Source of the DNA: Octopus sinensis
Taxonomy: Eukaryota
Length of the DNA: 64,000 nucleotides
Assembly (NCBI RefSeq): GCF_006345805.1
Contig: NC_043013.1
Location: 4,216,001-4,280,000 of the forward strand
Direction: 5' to 3'
The notes under the pieces are model-generated. The model was not told the DNA's origin. It did no database searches and saw nothing but the letters and a program-made list of their open reading frames with translations. The position numbers and the translations under genes were made by a program. Shown piece by piece: positions 63,966-64,000 of the stretch. The number at the start of each line of letters is the position of its first letter. Position 1 is the stretch's first letter.

Positions 63966-64000
63966 GATCTGTATGTCTGTCTGTCTGACTGTCTATCTAT
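63892..64000. repeat. (CTAT)n microsatellite
   Basis: Direct reading. Confidence 0.95.

Overview
AT-rich, gene-poor animal DNA made almost entirely of microsatellites and layered transposon debris. The SINE families and repeat style look like a coleoid cephalopod (Octopus); this is inference from recall, not a search. I recognise no intact host gene, and nearly all ORFs in the supplied track are translations of simple repeats. Real coding signal is all decayed transposon sequence: R4/Dong-type RLE LINEs (best copy 41035-43467, inserted in a TAA repeat), L1/Tx1 LINE halves (45010-45930, 56620-59300), CR1-group and RTE 3' ends, two Penelope GIY-YIG remnants, an internally deleted Helitron plus a complete non-autonomous Helitron, a Tc1/mariner end and two hAT MITEs with 8-bp TSDs. 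The most interesting unannotated layer is RNA structure: several minimal type I hammerhead ribozyme motifs of the Penelope-associated kind. These are one canonical motif at 17621-17680 in a 479-bp unit with a terminal direct repeat, a back-to-back pair in a palindrome at 50224-50390, and a four-copy family with a non-canonical CUGUNGA core whose position 7 takes all four bases, including a ~193-nt tandem dimer at 2485-2840. All folds were done by eye; none has been tested for cleavage. Most coordinates are approximate except where TSDs or termini fix them.
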